Assembly (NCBI RefSeq): GCF_006345805.1
Contig: NC_043025.1
Coordinates: 5,084,001-5,148,000 of the forward strand
Source of the DNA: Octopus sinensis
Lineage: Eukaryota
DNA length: 64,000 nt
Direction of reading: 5' to 3'
This document shows, in pieces, positions 61,263 through 64,000 of this stretch (its first letter is position 1; each line of letters starts with the position of its first letter). The notes beneath the pieces are model-generated. The model was not told where the DNA came from and searched no databases. It worked only from the letters and a program-made list of their open reading frames with translations. The translations under genes and the position numbers were made by a program.

Positions 61263-61674
61263 CATCCACCACCACCCCAAAATATCTAAATGACCTCTGA
61301 TAGATGCAACCTTGACCTTCGTGCTGTTTGGTCAGGCGTTTTCTCCAGTGAGGCTAAACCAGCAACATGTCGTAGTTTCAGTTTAATCAGTAGTGGTCAT
61401 CTCTGGAACACAATTTTTCTGGCTTGTTTATTTATTTATTTTTTTTTTTTGTAATGATCTAATCTAAAACAACTTCCTGTTCGGGAAGCATCAGCAAAGA
61501 CGTCATCACCATCATCATCATCATCACAATCATCACCACAATCATCATCATCATCATCATCACAATCATCATCATCATCATCATCACAATCATCACCACC
61601 ACCATCATCACAATCATCACCACCACCATCACCACAATCATCATCATCATCATCGTTGCCATCAGCAACACTGC

Positions 61675-61774
61675 NNNNNNNNNNNNNNNNNNNNNNNNNN
61701 NNNNNNNNNNNNNNNNNNNNNNNNNNNNNNNNNNNNNNNNNNNNNNNNNNNNNNNNNNNNNNNNNNNNNNNNNN
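61675..61774. other. assembly gap (100 N)
   Basis: Run of exactly 100 N flanked by simple repeats. Confidence 0.99.
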
Positions 61775-62144
61775 GTGTGTATGTGCATATCTGTGTGTGT
61801 GAGTGCACATACCTCTGTGTGTGTGTGTGTTTGTGTCTGCTGCAGGTGATACAAATTGTAACTGTGCCGTTTGTCTGCTTCACTTGGCCCTTTCCATCAC
61901 AACACGTGGCTATGTCTACCTAGTCTCGACATCCACATAGAATTCTCCCCAAATTCCTTCTTTCCCCTTTTATTAGCATCTTTGAGGGTGTGTGCGTGAT
62001 TGAGGTTTACTCGTGTGTGTGTAAGCGCCTAATTAAGAAATACACACATATCTGTGAATATATTGTGTGTGTGTGTGTTCTATATTTTATATGTATATGT
62101 GAATGTGTGTTTATATATGTATATATATGAATATTATTTATACA

Positions 62145-62660
62145 TAAGCACTATCCGACTTGTGGCCGATGCCAGCGCCGCCTCGACTGGCTTCCGTGCC
62201 GGTGGCATGTAAAATGCACCAATCCGACCCTGGCCGTTGCCAGCCTCGCCTGGCACCTGTGCAGGTGGCACGTAAAAAGCACCCACTACACTCACGGAGT
62301 GGTTGGCGTTAGGAAGGGCATCCAGCTGTAGAAACATTGCCAGATCAGACTGGAGCCTGGTTCAGCCTTTTGGCTTCCCAGACCCTAGTTGAACCGTCCA
62401 ACCCATGCTAGCACGGAAAACGGACGTTAAACGATGACGACGATGACGATACATATGTGCGAGTCTCACGTAGAAGGCACCTGTGCCAGTGGGACATAAA
62501 AGCACCCATTGCTCTCTCAGATTGGTTGGGGTTAGGAAGGGCATCCAGCTGTAGAAACCCTGCCAAATCAGGCTGAAACCTGGTGCAGCCTTCCAGCGCT
62601 GGTCAAACTGTCCAACCCATGCCAGCATGGACAACAGATGTTCAATGATGACGATGATGA
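62145..62660 (+). mobile_element. two family-R (RTE) 3' ends
   Basis: 3' UTR units, ggcgttaggaagggcatccagc block, (GAT)n tails. Confidence 0.82.
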
Positions 62661-62704
62661 TGTTGATGATGACTATGTTATTATACATACATATAAGTGC
62701 ATAA

Positions 62705-63080
62705 ACGTGGCTGTGTGGTAAGAAGCTTGCTTCCCAAGCACAGGGTTCCGGGTTCAGTCCTACTGCATGGCACCTTGGGCAAGTGTCTTCTATAGCCTCG
62801 GGCTGACCAAAGCCTTGTGAGTGGATTTGGTTGACAGAAACTGAAAGAAGACCATCATATGTATGTGTGTGTGTGTACATGTTTGTTTTTTCCCCACCAC
62901 CTCTTGACAATCAGTGTCTGTGTGTTTACATCCCCATAACTTAGTAGTTTGGCAAAAGAGACTGACGGAATCGGTACCAGGCTTTAAAAAAAAAATGTGC
63001 TGTGGCCAAGTTGTTTGACTAAAATCCTTCAAGGTGGTGGCCCAGCATGGCTACACTCGAACAAGTGAAATACTAAAAGT
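62705..63080 (+). mobile_element. SINE S1, diverged
   Basis: S1 head, body and tail. Confidence 0.75.
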
Positions 63081-64000
63081 AAAAAAACGAAAATATATAC
63101 GAAGGGGTGTTTGAAAAGTTCCTGGTTTTAAGGGTATTGTGAGAGGACTGGTTGGTGACCCCAACTTTCCGAGTTCTTTTACAGAACCAAAAAAACCCCT
63201 GAAGGATCGCTGCGATAAGTGTGTGAATCTGAGAGGAGAATATATATATATATAAAACTGTAGTTTTATATATAAAAGAAAGGTTGTGTGTCTGTCCCCT
63301 TCGATTTAGATTCCTAACTACTCCCACATTTTGCGGTGCAGTTTAACCAAATTCGGGTATCTTATAGTCGTGATTCATATCGAGCCCGTCTGGGTATTAG
63401 CGCGCGTCTACGATGAGTCTACGATTTTAAAAATAATTTTACATCATTTTTTTATTCCATTTTAATGCATATTTTTTCGTGTGTCGATGACGGCGGGAGT
63501 TGGCGTCCACGGTCCACCTGCACCTGTTGGCTTCTCCCCCTTCTTCCCTCCCTCGTGAAGCTGTGGGGAAGGGAGTGTAAGGAAATCAACGTCGTTAAAG
63601 CGTTGTCAAGGAGACCAGCGTTCTTTTAGAACAACGACTTCATGGCTTGAAGACACCAAAACAGAAATGGCTAAGAAAGCCCGAATTGGCATCTATAAGG
63701 GAAGTAACTCTCTAAAAATGCTTATATAGTTATTTCCCTTACAAACCCGAGCAACGCCGGGTGATACTGCTAGTGTTGGATAAAATCATAATTCACCGAT
63801 CCTTCTGCATTTTCTTCTGCCCAAAGCCAGGGTCGCTGACTGGCTCCTATTCGAGCGTGATCCTTGCCAGTGCCACCGGACTGGTTTCTGTGCAGGTGGC
63901 ACATAAAAAGTACCATTTGAGTGTGGCCGATGCCGGTGCCGCCTGACTGGCCCTTGTGCCGGTGGCGCGTAAAAGCACCCACCACACTCTGAGTGGTTGG

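Overview
Repeat-dense eukaryotic genomic DNA; the SINE families and microsatellite load suggest an octopus-like coleoid cephalopod (inference, not verified). The only host gene found is an internal part of a cut/CUX homeobox gene on the minus strand. Nine exons with canonical AG/GT boundaries and matching phases (52472-52539, 46409-46541, 43674-43740, 27943-27991, 25558-25728, 20971-21045, 18565-18671, 17123-17307, 13694-14431) splice into 1593 nt of open frame. They encode the CASP/CUX1-type N-terminal coiled coil followed by the first CUT repeat; a candidate 54-nt further exon lies at 1735-1788. The gene's 5' and 3' ends are outside the window, and there is a 100-N gap at 61675-61774. The introns consist almost entirely of tRNA-derived SINEs (at least five families), 3' ends of RTE and CR1-clade LINEs, Penelope-type fragments, mariner, piggyBac-like and Helitron-like non-autonomous DNA elements, TE-derived tandem arrays and microsatellites. 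The most interesting observations are: (1) a tRNA-headed element ending in a minimal Penelope-type hammerhead ribozyme; (2) a piggyBac-like MITE present both as a 227-bp monomer and as a copy with a 13x108-bp internal array; (3) a local inverted duplication that may be a 3' transduction; (4) a SINE and CR1-like LINEs sharing a covarying 3' hairpin; (5) a 68-nt cryptic exon built into antisense SINE copies; (6) a 94-bp retroposon-derived satellite with A/B alternation. No prokaryotic systems, CRISPR arrays, rRNA or true tRNA genes were found. Most long ORFs in the supplied track are microsatellite artefacts. TE coordinates are approximate hand readings.
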